Positions 50,454 to 60,006 of a stretch of DNA of 64,000 nt are shown piece by piece; within the stretch, counting starts at the first letter, position 1, and each line of letters starts with the position of its first letter. The notes beneath the pieces are model-generated. The model was not told the DNA's origin and did no database searches. It saw nothing but the letters and a program-made list of their open reading frames with translations. Source of the stretch: Bdellovibrionales bacterium (GTDB taxonomy: Bacteria; Bdellovibrionota; UBA1018); assembly GCA_018266355.1 (NCBI GenBank), contig JAFEAP010000029.1:14305-78304 (forward strand), written 5' to 3'. Made by a program: the position numbers and the translations under genes.

Positions 50454-50959
50454 CTCGACCTCTCCGAATTCCGCTTCCAGCCCGGGCGGCCGACGGTGGC
50501 CCAAGTCACGATCGCGAGGAAAAGCGTGACCCCCATCACCCACGGCAGCTCCGGGAACGCCGCGAGCATTTCCTTCGCGAACTCCGGCGCCGCGAGATCT
50601 CCCCGGGTCTCCGCTTCCGGAAACGTGCTCACGAGCGCGAAGACGAGGATCGCTCCGATCGTCGTACCCGAGCCGATGCCGTAGATCCAATCCTGGCGTT
50701 CGCGCTCCGATTCGGCGCGATGGATCGCACCCGTTCCGAAAACCGCGGAATAGAGCTGTAAGACGGTCGCGCTCGCGGCGACGAACAAAAGATTCAAGAG
50801 CGCGAGGAGCTCGAAACCGATCACGAGGAAAAAGAGCGACTGAAAGAGTCCGACGCCGAGCCAGCCGAGAACGAGCCTTTTCGTCGTCCTGGTGAAGAGC
50901 GTTCCGGCGGCGAGCGCGGTCGAAGCGCCGAGGAGCGCGACGAGGAGAATCGGCTTCAC
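50450..50959 (-). CDS. NuoJ-like subunit (second cluster)
   Basis: 169 aa from GTG (VKPILLVALLG...), preceded by a GGAGAGGAG RBS; polytopic, in the J position. Confidence 0.65.
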   Translation of the reverse strand: MKPILLVALLGASTALAAGTLFTRTTKRLVLGWLGVGLFQSLFFLVIGFELLALLNLLFVAASATVLQLYSAVFGTGAIHRAESERERQDWIYGIGSGTTIGAILVFALVSTFPEAETRGDLAAPEFAKEMLAAFPELPWVMGVTLFLAIVTWATVGRPGWKRNSERSR

Positions 50960-51450
50960 GGGTAATCTCCTCTCCGGGGCGCTTCCCCTTTTCCGAACGA
51001 CTCGACCATTTTTTTCCGGTCGGTCGCGGCGTACTCGTAGCGCTTCGAGTGGGTCAGGGAGTTCGTCGGACAAACATCCACGCAAAGCCCGCACATCAAG
51101 CAGCGCGAGTGATCGATATCGAAGAGAGAAACCCATTCTTTCTGGGTTTCCTCGAGGCGTTCGCTGTCGATCGTGAAGCAGTCGACGGGACAGGCCTTCG
51201 CGCATTCGCGGCATCCGATGCATTGTTCGATCGCGTTGTGCACGAGTCCACGCGTGCGCGGAGGAAGATCGTCCGTCGTCCGCGAGGAAACCGGATCGGG
51301 ATATTGCTCCGTGACTTCCTTCCGAAGCGTGTTCGGGTTCGCGTTGAACAGGTAAGGAAGCGAAGCCGATAGCGCGCGGACGAGCGACTGGGTCCCGTCG
51401 ATCAGGATCGAAAACCCGCGAGCGACCGTGCCGATGATGCTCGCCCTCAT
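50956..51450 (-). CDS. NuoI-like 2x[4Fe-4S] ferredoxin subunit (second cluster)
   Basis: 164 aa with CIGCRECAKACP and CLMCGLCVDVCP. Confidence 0.8.
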   Translation of the reverse strand: MRASIIGTVARGFSILIDGTQSLVRALSASLPYLFNANPNTLRKEVTEQYPDPVSSRTTDDLPPRTRGLVHNAIEQCIGCRECAKACPVDCFTIDSERLEETQKEWVSLFDIDHSRCLMCGLCVDVCPTNSLTHSKRYEYAATDRKKMVESFGKGEAPRRGDYP

Positions 51451-52478
51451 CCGGCACCTCCCGAGAAAAGGCGGATCCACACGAGTTCCCCGACCAGGCA
51501 CAGCGCCGCGACCGGCGTGAGCACTCGCCAGCAGAACTCCGTCATCTGGTCCTGACGAAGCTGCGGGAGAGCGCGCGCCACCACGCGCAGCGCGAGGAAG
51601 AGAACGGCCGCTTTCGCGAGCGCCGTCACGAGTTGATAAAACGCGAAGAAAAACGAAACGTCGCCCGCTTCGGGAATCGACTGGCCGCCGAGGAAGAGCG
51701 CGGAGGCGAGGAGACACCAGACGAGCGTCGCGTAGAACTGGTTCAATCCGAAGAGACCGAGACGAACGCCCGCTCGGTTCCGAACGCCGCGGTCGAGCGA
51801 GTGGAAGGGAGGGAGCTGGAGCGCGACGAGTCCCGAAAGAAGGAAGACGAAGAACGCGACGAAACCGAAGGGACTCGAGAACGCGGTCCAGTGGAAGAGT
51901 CCGTGCGCCTGACTCGTGAGAAGCGTGCTCCACCGCGCGCTGCCCGCGCGCGCGACGGCGACGGTCGCGCCGAGGAGCGCCGGGACCCACGCCGAGATCC
52001 AAAGGAACGACTGCCGATGCGCGAGAATCTCGTTCTCGAGCTCGGCCGCGCCCTCGGTCGCGAAGAGCGAACAGAGAAAGACGCCGGCCATGCACACGAA
52101 CGGAAGGAACGCCCCCATTTCGCTGTCGAGGAGGATCAGCGTGCTTCCGAACGGGACGAAAACAAAGGACGAGAAAAGGATCGCGTTCTGGATCCCGAAC
52201 CACTTCGGGTCGAGGCTCGCGTGTCCGCGAACCGCGCTTTTCGCGCCGAGCTTCAGCGTATCGGCCACGACCTGGAAGAGCCCGCCTCCCGGAGTGCGAT
52301 TCGGGCCGACGCGGGCCTGGAGATCGGCCGCGAGTTTCCGCTCCGCGAACCCGAGCGCGAAGTAGAGCGGAAAAAGCACGAATAGGAAGAACGCGACGAA
52401 CGCGACCGGCGCCGCGATGAACGCCGAAGCCCCTTCGCCGAGCCCGAAAAGCGCGTTCCATCCCGCCGAAGAGGTCAT
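51447..52478 (-). CDS. NuoH/ND1-like subunit (second cluster)
   Basis: 343 aa from MTSSAGWNALFG...; ND1-like motif LQARVGPNRTPGGGLFQVVADTLKL; polytopic. Confidence 0.75.
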   Translation of the reverse strand: MTSSAGWNALFGLGEGASAFIAAPVAFVAFFLFVLFPLYFALGFAERKLAADLQARVGPNRTPGGGLFQVVADTLKLGAKSAVRGHASLDPKWFGIQNAILFSSFVFVPFGSTLILLDSEMGAFLPFVCMAGVFLCSLFATEGAAELENEILAHRQSFLWISAWVPALLGATVAVARAGSARWSTLLTSQAHGLFHWTAFSSPFGFVAFFVFLLSGLVALQLPPFHSLDRGVRNRAGVRLGLFGLNQFYATLVWCLLASALFLGGQSIPEAGDVSFFFAFYQLVTALAKAAVLFLALRVVARALPQLRQDQMTEFCWRVLTPVAALCLVGELVWIRLFSGGAG

Positions 52479-52498
52479 GAGGTTCAGCTCTTCCCCGC

Positions 52499-53653
52499 TC
52501 ACCGATCGACCTCCGAAAGGGAAAGGTCGAGGCTCGCGAGGATGACCGGAACGTCTTGGAGGGTCACGCCCGCGAGGAGGTCCGGCGCGGCTTCGATGTT
52601 CGACTGGCTCGGCGTGCGCCACTGCACGCGCGTCGGGTGAAATCCCCCGTCCGAAACGACGTGACACGCGAGGAGGCCTCGCGGGGACTCGACGCGCGCG
52701 TAGGCTTCTCCCGCCGGAACCGTGAAGTCCGGCATCATGCGGAAGGCGAGGAAATCTCCCGGAGGAACCGCGTCCACCGCGTGCGAAAGGAGAAGGAGGC
52801 TCTCTCGGATCTCCTCGAGACGAACCATCACGCGGTCGAAACCGTCGCCGATCGTTCCGCGCAGCCCGGTGCCGATCGGCACCCGGAAATCGAATTGTTC
52901 GTACGCGCTATAGGGCTCGACCTTTCTGACGTCGAACCGGTTTCCGCTCGCGCGGGCGCTCGGTCCGGTGATCGCCTTGATCTGGATCAATTCGGGGGAA
53001 ATCACCCCCTGCCACGCGAGGCGATCGACGAACGCGCGATTCTCGATCATGAGCGCGTGGTACTCGCGCAAACGGATCTCGATCAACCGCGTGGTTTCGT
53101 GGATCCGTTCGATGAATCCCTCGGTGATGTCCGCGGCGACGCCGCCGAGGCGGAAGAACCCGAGATTGAACCGGCGGCCGGTCATGAGTTCGAGGAGGTC
53201 GAGGACGAGCTCGCGCTCGCGCAAGATGTAGTGGGAGACGGTTTCGAAACCCGTGACGATCGCGAGGCGCGCGAGAAACCCGAGGTGCGAGCCGATGCGA
53301 TCGAGCTCGGCGAGGATCAGGCGGATCGTCTGGGCTCGGCGCGGAACCTGGATGTTGCAGATTTCTTCGACCGCCATCGCGAACGCGAGCTCGGCGGCGA
53401 GCGAAGATTCCGAATCGACGCGATCGACGGGCACGATCGAGGTGAACCAGTTCCGCTTTTCCGCGCTCTTTTCTAGGCCTTTATGGAGGTATCCCGTCTC
53501 GAACCGCGCCCGACGGACGAGGTCTCCCTCGGCTTCCATGTCGATGCGGAAAATTCCGGGCAGCGTCGGATCGCTCGGGCCCCAGGAAAGTTTCGAAACC
53601 GAGGTGTGGAGTTTTTCCGGCGAAAAGATCACGGCGCGATCTCCTCCCGCCAT
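52499..53653 (-). CDS. NuoD-like (49 kDa / [NiFe]-hydrogenase large-subunit-like) subunit (second cluster)
   Basis: 384 aa from MAGGDRAVIF..., preceded by a GGGAGGAG RBS; NuoD-like regions (RIDMEAEGDLV...ETGYLHKGLEK; RVESPRGLL). Confidence 0.75.
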   Translation of the reverse strand: MAGGDRAVIFSPEKLHTSVSKLSWGPSDPTLPGIFRIDMEAEGDLVRRARFETGYLHKGLEKSAEKRNWFTSIVPVDRVDSESSLAAELAFAMAVEEICNIQVPRRAQTIRLILAELDRIGSHLGFLARLAIVTGFETVSHYILRERELVLDLLELMTGRRFNLGFFRLGGVAADITEGFIERIHETTRLIEIRLREYHALMIENRAFVDRLAWQGVISPELIQIKAITGPSARASGNRFDVRKVEPYSAYEQFDFRVPIGTGLRGTIGDGFDRVMVRLEEIRESLLLLSHAVDAVPPGDFLAFRMMPDFTVPAGEAYARVESPRGLLACHVVSDGGFHPTRVQWRTPSQSNIEAAPDLLAGVTLQDVPVILASLDLSLSEVDR

Positions 53654-54099
53654 TCGAACGTCTTTCGGAGCGGGAAGCCCCCGTACGAGCCGAAATTTTT
53701 CCTGACCGCGCCGGCGCCCCGGCTCCCGGTGAACTCGATACCGAAAAGCGGAGCGAGTTCCGTCTCGAACGCTTCCGCGTGCGGCCAGATTCCGACGGCC
53801 GAGGGGACGCTCGCGAGCTCCTGCGCTCCCGGGACGGGCGTGCTCGTGCGCAGAACGAGTTGGTGATTCTGGGAGTGCGAGCGGAGGAAGTAGCTCAAAA
53901 CGAGCTTGTTCTTCGCCTCGTAAACGGTGAACGCTTCCAGAAAGTCGAACCGGAAATTTTCTTCCATGCGCAGCCACGCCGCGATTTCGTGCGCCGACGC
54001 GAACTCCGCCTCGACGACGAACTTTTCGGAACGCCCGAAGTTCCTGATTTGGACCGCGGCTCCGAACGCCGCTTCGATCCGGTTAAGCAGGGGTCGCAC
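53629..54099 (-). CDS. NuoC-like (30 kDa) subunit (second cluster)
   Basis: 156 aa; sits between the B-like and D-like genes; E.ELAPLFGIEF..G resembles the NuoC C-terminal region. Confidence 0.65.
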   Translation of the reverse strand: MRPLLNRIEAAFGAAVQIRNFGRSEKFVVEAEFASAHEIAAWLRMEENFRFDFLEAFTVYEAKNKLVLSYFLRSHSQNHQLVLRTSTPVPGAQELASVPSAVGIWPHAEAFETELAPLFGIEFTGSRGAGAVRKNFGSYGGFPLRKTFEWREEIAP

Positions 54100-54535
54100 G
54101 GATTTTCTCCTGCAATCGGATGAGCCCGTTCATGATCGCCTCGGGCCGCGGCGGACAGCCGGGAACGAAGACGTCGACGGGAATGACTTTATCGAGGGGT
54201 TTCGCTCCGGCGTAGGAGACGTTCGCGTCGAACGCTCCGCCCGAGTTCGCGCACGCGCCGACCGCCATCACGTACTTCGGGAAAGGCATGCGCTCGTAGA
54301 TCTCGCGGATCGTCCCTTCGAGACGATCGGTGACGGCGGTGCTCACGATCAAGAGATCGGCTTGTTCCGGATGGGCCTGAGGAAGGCATCCGAACCGCTC
54401 GAGGTCGTATCGGCAGCCTTGGAGCGAGAGCATTTCGTTCGCGCAGCATCCGCCCGCGATCGTGTAGGTCCAAAGCGACGCCGACTGGGCCCAGTTCACC
54501 ACGTCGTTCAGTTTCGTCGAGACGTAGGCGCTCAT
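54083..54535 (-). CDS. NuoB-like N2-cluster subunit (second cluster)
   Basis: 150 aa from MSAYVSTKLNDVVNW..., with GGCCANEM, GACANSGG and VPGCPP (all four N2 Cys ligands retained). Confidence 0.8.
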   Translation of the reverse strand: MSAYVSTKLNDVVNWAQSASLWTYTIAGGCCANEMLSLQGCRYDLERFGCLPQAHPEQADLLIVSTAVTDRLEGTIREIYERMPFPKYVMAVGACANSGGAFDANVSYAGAKPLDKVIPVDVFVPGCPPRPEAIMNGLIRLQEKIRATPA

Positions 54536-54936
54536 CCGATCCGTTCCTCTTCTCCATCCAAGCGCGATCGACGCGCGCCCCAGGAGAGGTCGCCCTTCCG
54601 CAAACAATAAAACAACGCGATCGCCATCGGCACGATGATCGCGACGAGGAGAAGGCTCGAAAGATCGCCGTCTTCTCCGCGCACGCTGTAAAGCAGCGGC
54701 AACCCGAGAAGCGCGAGGCCGAGAAATCCGAGAAAGAGCAGCGCCGCGAGGTGGAAGCGGACCGAGATCGGTTCGGCGGTCGGATTCGACGCGACGGGGG
54801 GCGGCACGGTCGCCGGTCCACGCTTCGAAATCCCGCCGAGCAGGCGCCAGACCCGCGGAAGTCCGAAGGGAATGAGCCAACCGAGAAGGGCGGTCAGAAT
54901 CACCAAAATATAGCTGGGCCAGCGGGTGGGCATCAT
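54532..54936 (-). CDS. NuoA/ND3-like subunit (second cluster)
   Basis: 134 aa from MMPTRWPSYILVILTALLGW..., with three predicted TM helices; first gene of the cluster. Confidence 0.65.
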   Translation of the reverse strand: MMPTRWPSYILVILTALLGWLIPFGLPRVWRLLGGISKRGPATVPPPVASNPTAEPISVRFHLAALLFLGFLGLALLGLPLLYSVRGEDGDLSSLLLVAIIVPMAIALFYCLRKGDLSWGARRSRLDGEEERIG

Positions 54937-54985
54937 GATTCTAAGCCTTTGAAAAAACGTACAGAAACCGACATATAGAGTCAAC

Positions 54986-57900
54986 GTGATAGCCTCGAGT
55001 TCCATCCTTTCGATCCTCCGTTCCAGTCGCGAACTCGACGAGTCCGTTCGAGTCACAGGGCTTTCGCGCGGCGCGCGAGCTCTCCTCCTCGCGCGGTGGG
55101 GAGCCGAGCGGGAGGGGGGCGCGCCGCTCCTGGTAGTTTGTCCGTCGAACGAACTCGCGACCGAGCTCGCCGAGGAGATCGAAACGCTTTCCGAAACCGT
55201 CCTCGGGCGAAACGTCCGCGCCGCCGCGTTTCCGGGTTGGGACCATTCTCCGTTTTCCTCGATCGCGCCTTCGATCGGCGTCCGTCTTGCGCGAATCGCG
55301 CTGCTGACCCGTCTCGCCAAGGGCGAGGACGTTCCCGACCTGGTGCTCACTTCCCTGCCGGCCGCGCTCCACCGGACGCTTCCGCTCGCGACGCTCGAAG
55401 CCCGTTCTTTCGTGCTTCGAAAAGGAGAAGGCGTCGAATCCCGCGACGTGCTCGCGCGGAACCTCGCGGAAGCGGGCTACCTGCGCGTCGATCCCGTCGA
55501 AGATCGCGGCACGTTCGCCGTCCGCGGCGATCTCGTCGACGTTTTCCCTCCGGAAGCCGCTCGTCCGTACCGCCTCGAGCTTTGGGGGGACGAGGTCGAG
55601 ACGATCCGTGAATTCGATCCGAAAACCCAGCGGACGCTTTCCGAACACTCGCACGCCCAGATCGCCTTCGGTCCCGCGCGCGAGGTCCTGATCAATTCCG
55701 AAACGGTCGCTTCCGTCCGCGAAGGACTCAAGGCCCGCGCCGACGACGCCGGTATTTCCCGCGCCCTTCGCGATCCGCTTTTGGAGCGCGTTCACGCGGG
55801 ATCGTATCCCGAATCGGCCGACTTCTGGTCCGCTTTCGCGTACCCCGGAAAGGCGAGAACGCTCTTCGAATTCCTGCCCTGGTCCCGGGTCGCCGTCATC
55901 GACGCCCTCGGCGCCGAACAGGGGTGGGACGCGTGGGTCGCCGACCAGCGCGAACGCGAAAAGGAAGCGCTCGAATCCGGCGTCGTGCTGCCGAAGATCG
56001 AAGAAGAATTCGACGTCCGTCCTTCGTCCCTCGAAAAACTGCCGATCGCGAAGCGCCTCTTTCTCGACGTCCTCGAACTCGCCGATCTCTCCGCCCGCCC
56101 GGAACTTCCCGAAGCGCCGGAAGACGGCTACACCGACGAATTTTCGTCCGAGATCGGAAAACCCTCGGACGAGCCGAAGGCGCGTCACCGGGCTTTCGTG
56201 AAGACGAACGCCGACCTCCACGACGGAAAGCCGCCTTCCCTCGCGACGCTCGAACCGAAGTTCGGGCTCTGGAGAAAACAGGGGTTCCGCACGCTCATCC
56301 TCGCTCCGACGCCGAGCCAGGTCGAACGACTCCGCTACCTTCTCGAAGAACGGAAAATTCCCGTCACCCTCGGGCCCGAAGGGAACGAGCTCGCCGAACC
56401 GAACGCGGGATCCGTCACCCTCCGCGAGGGTTCCGTGGCGGAGGGTTTCCGGTGGCCGGCGGAGGGGCTCGTCGTCCTCACCGACTCCGAAATCCTCGGC
56501 ACGAAATCGCGCCACCAATCCAAAAAACGCCGAAAACAAGACGAATCCGCGGCGAAAGAGTGGTCGAACCTCCAGGCCACGAGCGACCTCGCGGTCGGCG
56601 ACGCCGTCGTTCACATCGACCACGGCATCGGTCGATACCAAGGAATCGTGCGCCTCGACCTGAACGGCGCTTCGAACGACTTTCTTCTCCTCGAGTACGC
56701 GAACAAGGACAAGCTCTACCTTCCGATCTACCGATTGAACGTCATCCAGAAATACGCGGGTGGGTCGGGCGAGGGTGCCGCGCTCGACACGCTCGGAACG
56801 GGGCACTTCGCGAAAGCGAAGGAAAAGGCGAAGGAGTCCGTCCGCAAGATCGCCATCGACCTCGTGAAGCTCTACGCCGAGCGGAAGATCCGGCCCGGAC
56901 TTCGGTTCTCCCCGCGCGACGCGGAGATGAATCGCTTCGAGGCCTCGTTCCCTTTCGACGAGACGCCCGACCAGCTTCGCGCGATCGAGGCGACGTTCGA
57001 CGACATGGAAAGCGGTCGCGTGATGGATCGCCTCGTCTGCGGCGACGTCGGCTACGGGAAAACCGAAGTCGCGATCCGTGCGGCGTTCAAGGCCGTGTAC
57101 GACGGCTACCAAGTCGCGGTCCTCGTTCCCACGACGGTCCTCGCCCACCAGCACGAGCAAAGCTTCCGCGCCCGGTTCGGGAAGGACTATCCCGCGATCC
57201 GGCTCGAATCCGTTTCCCGCTTCAAATCCGCGAAAGAGCAGAAGGAAATCATCAAATCCGTCGAGTCGGGAGGCGTCGACATCATCATCGGCACGCATCG
57301 TCTCCTCTCGAAGGACGTTCGCTTCAAACGTCTCGGTCTTGTGATCATCGACGAAGAGCACCGCTTCGGCGTCGAGCACAAGGAGCGGCTCAAGACGTTC
57401 CGAACGAATACCCACGTCTTGACCCTCACCGCGACACCGATCCCTCGGACGCTCCACATGTCGCTCTCCGGCCTCCGCGACATCTCGCTGATCAACACCG
57501 CGCCGCTGAACCGCCTTCCGATCCGAACTTACGTCTCGAAGTTCGACGAAGACCTCATTCGGCGCACGATCGAGACCGAGCTTTCGCGCGGCGGCCAGGT
57601 CTTTTTCGTGCATAACCGCGTCGGTTCGATCTACTCCGTCGCGGAAAAGGTGAAGGAACTCGTCCCGCGCGCGCAGATCGGCGTCGGTCACGGCCAGATG
57701 GCCGAGGGCGAACTCGAGAAGGTGATGATGGACTTCTACGAGAAGAAGACGAACGTCCTCGTCGCGACGACCATCATCGAGTCCGGCATCGACATCCCCT
57801 CGGCGAACACGATCCTGATCGACCGCGCGGACGCGTTCGGCCTCGCGCAGCTTTATCAGCTCCGCGGGCGCGTCGGCCGGGCCCAAACGCGGGCCTACGC

Positions 57901-58600
57901 CTACCTCTTCATCCCGGCGGAGGGCGTGATCACCGAAGACGCGAAAAAACGGCTCGAAGTGATCCAAAAATTCGTCGAACTCGGTTCGGGATTCTCGGTC
58001 GCCTCGCACGACCTCGAGATCCGCGGGGGAGGGGACATCCTCGGGCCCCAACAAAGCGGTCACATCAACGCCGTCGGCTTCGACCTCTATACCGAACTCC
58101 TCGAAGAGGCGATCCGCGAGCTCGAGGGCAAACCCCTCGAAGCCGAAGATTCCCACCGGGAGCCCGAGATCAAGGTTCCGTTCAGCGCGCTCCTCCCCGA
58201 GGACTACGTCGCCGATCCCCAACAACGTCTCGCGCTCTATCGCCGACTTTCGGGGGCCTCGCAGGAAGAGCAGATCGACGAAATCGAGGTCGAACTCCAG
58301 GATCGTTTCGGGAAACTCCCCGAGGCGGCGAAAAACCTCCTCTGGCTCATCCGCGTGAAGCGGATGCTCAAGATGCTCAAAGTCGACGCCCTCACCGTCG
58401 GACCCGAACGGGTCGTACTCTCGCCCGGCGCGGACAGCGCGCTCGACCCGATTCGCGCGATCGCGCTCGTCTCGAGTCACGGCGAGAAATATTCCCTCAC
58501 TCCCGATTCGAAATTCATCGCCAGAGTCAAAATCCTGTCGCTCCAGGATCTCTATCACTCCGTCTCCACTCTTCTGCGCGAACTGTCATTCCGGGATTGA
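54986..58600 (+). CDS. mfd: Transcription-repair coupling factor
   Basis: 1204 aa; GTG start. UvrB-homology N-terminal region, RNAP-interaction domain, superfamily 2 translocase motifs (GDVGYGKTEVAIRAAF; DEEHRFG; TATPIPRTL) and a TRCF C-terminal domain. Confidence 0.9.
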   Translation: MIASSSILSILRSSRELDESVRVTGLSRGARALLLARWGAEREGGAPLLVVCPSNELATELAEEIETLSETVLGRNVRAAAFPGWDHSPFSSIAPSIGVRLARIALLTRLAKGEDVPDLVLTSLPAALHRTLPLATLEARSFVLRKGEGVESRDVLARNLAEAGYLRVDPVEDRGTFAVRGDLVDVFPPEAARPYRLELWGDEVETIREFDPKTQRTLSEHSHAQIAFGPAREVLINSETVASVREGLKARADDAGISRALRDPLLERVHAGSYPESADFWSAFAYPGKARTLFEFLPWSRVAVIDALGAEQGWDAWVADQREREKEALESGVVLPKIEEEFDVRPSSLEKLPIAKRLFLDVLELADLSARPELPEAPEDGYTDEFSSEIGKPSDEPKARHRAFVKTNADLHDGKPPSLATLEPKFGLWRKQGFRTLILAPTPSQVERLRYLLEERKIPVTLGPEGNELAEPNAGSVTLREGSVAEGFRWPAEGLVVLTDSEILGTKSRHQSKKRRKQDESAAKEWSNLQATSDLAVGDAVVHIDHGIGRYQGIVRLDLNGASNDFLLLEYANKDKLYLPIYRLNVIQKYAGGSGEGAALDTLGTGHFAKAKEKAKESVRKIAIDLVKLYAERKIRPGLRFSPRDAEMNRFEASFPFDETPDQLRAIEATFDDMESGRVMDRLVCGDVGYGKTEVAIRAAFKAVYDGYQVAVLVPTTVLAHQHEQSFRARFGKDYPAIRLESVSRFKSAKEQKEIIKSVESGGVDIIIGTHRLLSKDVRFKRLGLVIIDEEHRFGVEHKERLKTFRTNTHVLTLTATPIPRTLHMSLSGLRDISLINTAPLNRLPIRTYVSKFDEDLIRRTIETELSRGGQVFFVHNRVGSIYSVAEKVKELVPRAQIGVGHGQMAEGELEKVMMDFYEKKTNVLVATTIIESGIDIPSANTILIDRADAFGLAQLYQLRGRVGRAQTRAYAYLFIPAEGVITEDAKKRLEVIQKFVELGSGFSVASHDLEIRGGGDILGPQQSGHINAVGFDLYTELLEEAIRELEGKPLEAEDSHREPEIKVPFSALLPEDYVADPQQRLALYRRLSGASQEEQIDEIEVELQDRFGKLPEAAKNLLWLIRVKRMLKMLKVDALTVGPERVVLSPGADSALDPIRAIALVSSHGEKYSLTPDSKFIARVKILSLQDLYHSVSTLLRELSFRD

Positions 58601-58634
58601 TGCGAGCGCCCGGCGCGCATAAGCTTAAGGCAAT

Positions 58635-59468
58635 ATGAAGAAAAGCTCGAAGCCGTCGGTTTCCGTTTGGGTGGGTCTCCTCGTCGCGTTCGCCGCCGTC
58701 TCGGCCGCGTTCGCCGCGACCGAAGTCGCGAAAGTGAACGGGAAGGTGATCACCCTCGAGGAGTTCAACAAAAAGTACCAAGCGCTCCTGCCGCTCTATC
58801 AGAACAAGACGCCGACGAAGCAGACCGTGCTCGAAGACATCGTGAAGCGCGAGCTCGGCGTGCAGGAAGCGAAGAAACAAGGCCTCGAGAAGGATCCGGA
58901 AGTCCAGGAAGAGATCAACACCGTCCTCTACCAAGCGCTCCTCCGGAAACAGCTCCAGAAGGATTTCGAGAAGATCTCGATCACGGACACCGACGCGCGC
59001 GCCTGGTACAACAAAAACCCGGAAATCCGCACTTCGCACATCTTCGTTCCGCTCGCTCCCGGAGCCTCGAAGGAAGAGGAAGCTTCCGCTTACGCGCGCA
59101 TCAAGGAAATTCAGAACAAGGAATTGAAATCGGGTAAATCCTTCGCGGAAGTCGCGCAGAAATTTTCCGAAGGCGTCGCGGCTCCGATGGGCGGCGACAT
59201 CGATTACCAAGGCAAATCCCAACTGGATCCGGCTTACTATTCGGCCGCGCTCGCGCTCCGCACGCCGGGCAAAGTGAGCGGCATCGTCCGCTCGCAATTC
59301 GGTCTCCACCTCATCAAGCTCACGGCGATTCGTCCGTGGTCCGAGGTCGACCCCGCGGCGATCCGCCAAGAGGTCTTCAACGAGCGCAAGCAGGCCCTCT
59401 TCGATAACTACATGAAGGGTCTTCGCTCGCGGGCCCAAGTCACGGTGAAGAACGATCTCGTGAAATGA
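58635..59468 (+). CDS. Periplasmic peptidyl-prolyl cis-trans isomerase, parvulin family (PrsA/SurA-like)
   Basis: Signal peptide MKKSSKPSVSVWVGLLVAFAAVSAAFA. SurA/PrsA-like N-terminal chaperone segment, then a parvulin core (SHIFVP...FAEVAQKFSEG......GGD.DY). Confidence 0.7.
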   Translation: MKKSSKPSVSVWVGLLVAFAAVSAAFAATEVAKVNGKVITLEEFNKKYQALLPLYQNKTPTKQTVLEDIVKRELGVQEAKKQGLEKDPEVQEEINTVLYQALLRKQLQKDFEKISITDTDARAWYNKNPEIRTSHIFVPLAPGASKEEEASAYARIKEIQNKELKSGKSFAEVAQKFSEGVAAPMGGDIDYQGKSQLDPAYYSAALALRTPGKVSGIVRSQFGLHLIKLTAIRPWSEVDPAAIRQEVFNERKQALFDNYMKGLRSRAQVTVKNDLVK

Positions 59469-59965
59469 TAAAGACCGTAGCTTCCGCTGCGGTCTCCGGG
59501 ATCCCCGCCCTTTTTTTCGTCCTCGTTTCCTCGTGCGACCGCTTCACGCCGACGCCGAACGCGCCGTCTTCCCTTCCCGCGATCGCACCCGCCGGGAACG
59601 AGCTCTACGTTTTCCCGCACGGCCGGCTTTCGATGAGCGCGTTCGAGGCGATTCGCCGCGAATATCCGGGCGTCGCGCCGGGCGATCTCGCGAAGATCGC
59701 GATGGCGACGCAGTGGCTGGGAACGCGCGTTCGGCCCGGAAAGACCGCCACGCCAGCCGAAACCACGCGGTGCGTTCGCGCGTTGTTTTACCCACCCGCG
59801 GGAAAAATCGCGGAAGCTTCGGCCGTCGCCTTCGCCTCCGATCGATTCGGAATCACCTCCCTCGAACAGCTTCGAAAAGAGTTTCATGACGCGGCGAGTG
59901 GGTGGGTCGTCGAGTGGAACCCGAGCCTCGCGCGCGAGTACGGAATTCCAGGCGCGAATCGTTAA
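59465..59965 (+). CDS. Hypothetical lipoprotein
   Basis: Lipobox LVSSC after a hydrophobic h-region (ALFFVLVSSC); 166 aa; ATGA overlap with the upstream PPIase gene. Confidence 0.5.
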   Translation: MIKTVASAAVSGIPALFFVLVSSCDRFTPTPNAPSSLPAIAPAGNELYVFPHGRLSMSAFEAIRREYPGVAPGDLAKIAMATQWLGTRVRPGKTATPAETTRCVRALFYPPAGKIAEASAVAFASDRFGITSLEQLRKEFHDAASGWVVEWNPSLAREYGIPGANR

Positions 59966-60006
59966 CCGAAGTCCCGCCTTTCGTCGCTTGAGACGACCGC
60001 GCGGCT

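Noticed and set aside
54941-58558. 1205-aa minus-strand ORF antisense to mfd
   Set aside because: It mirrors mfd on the opposite strand, with acidic/Arg-rich low complexity and no motifs; a spurious GC-driven open frame.
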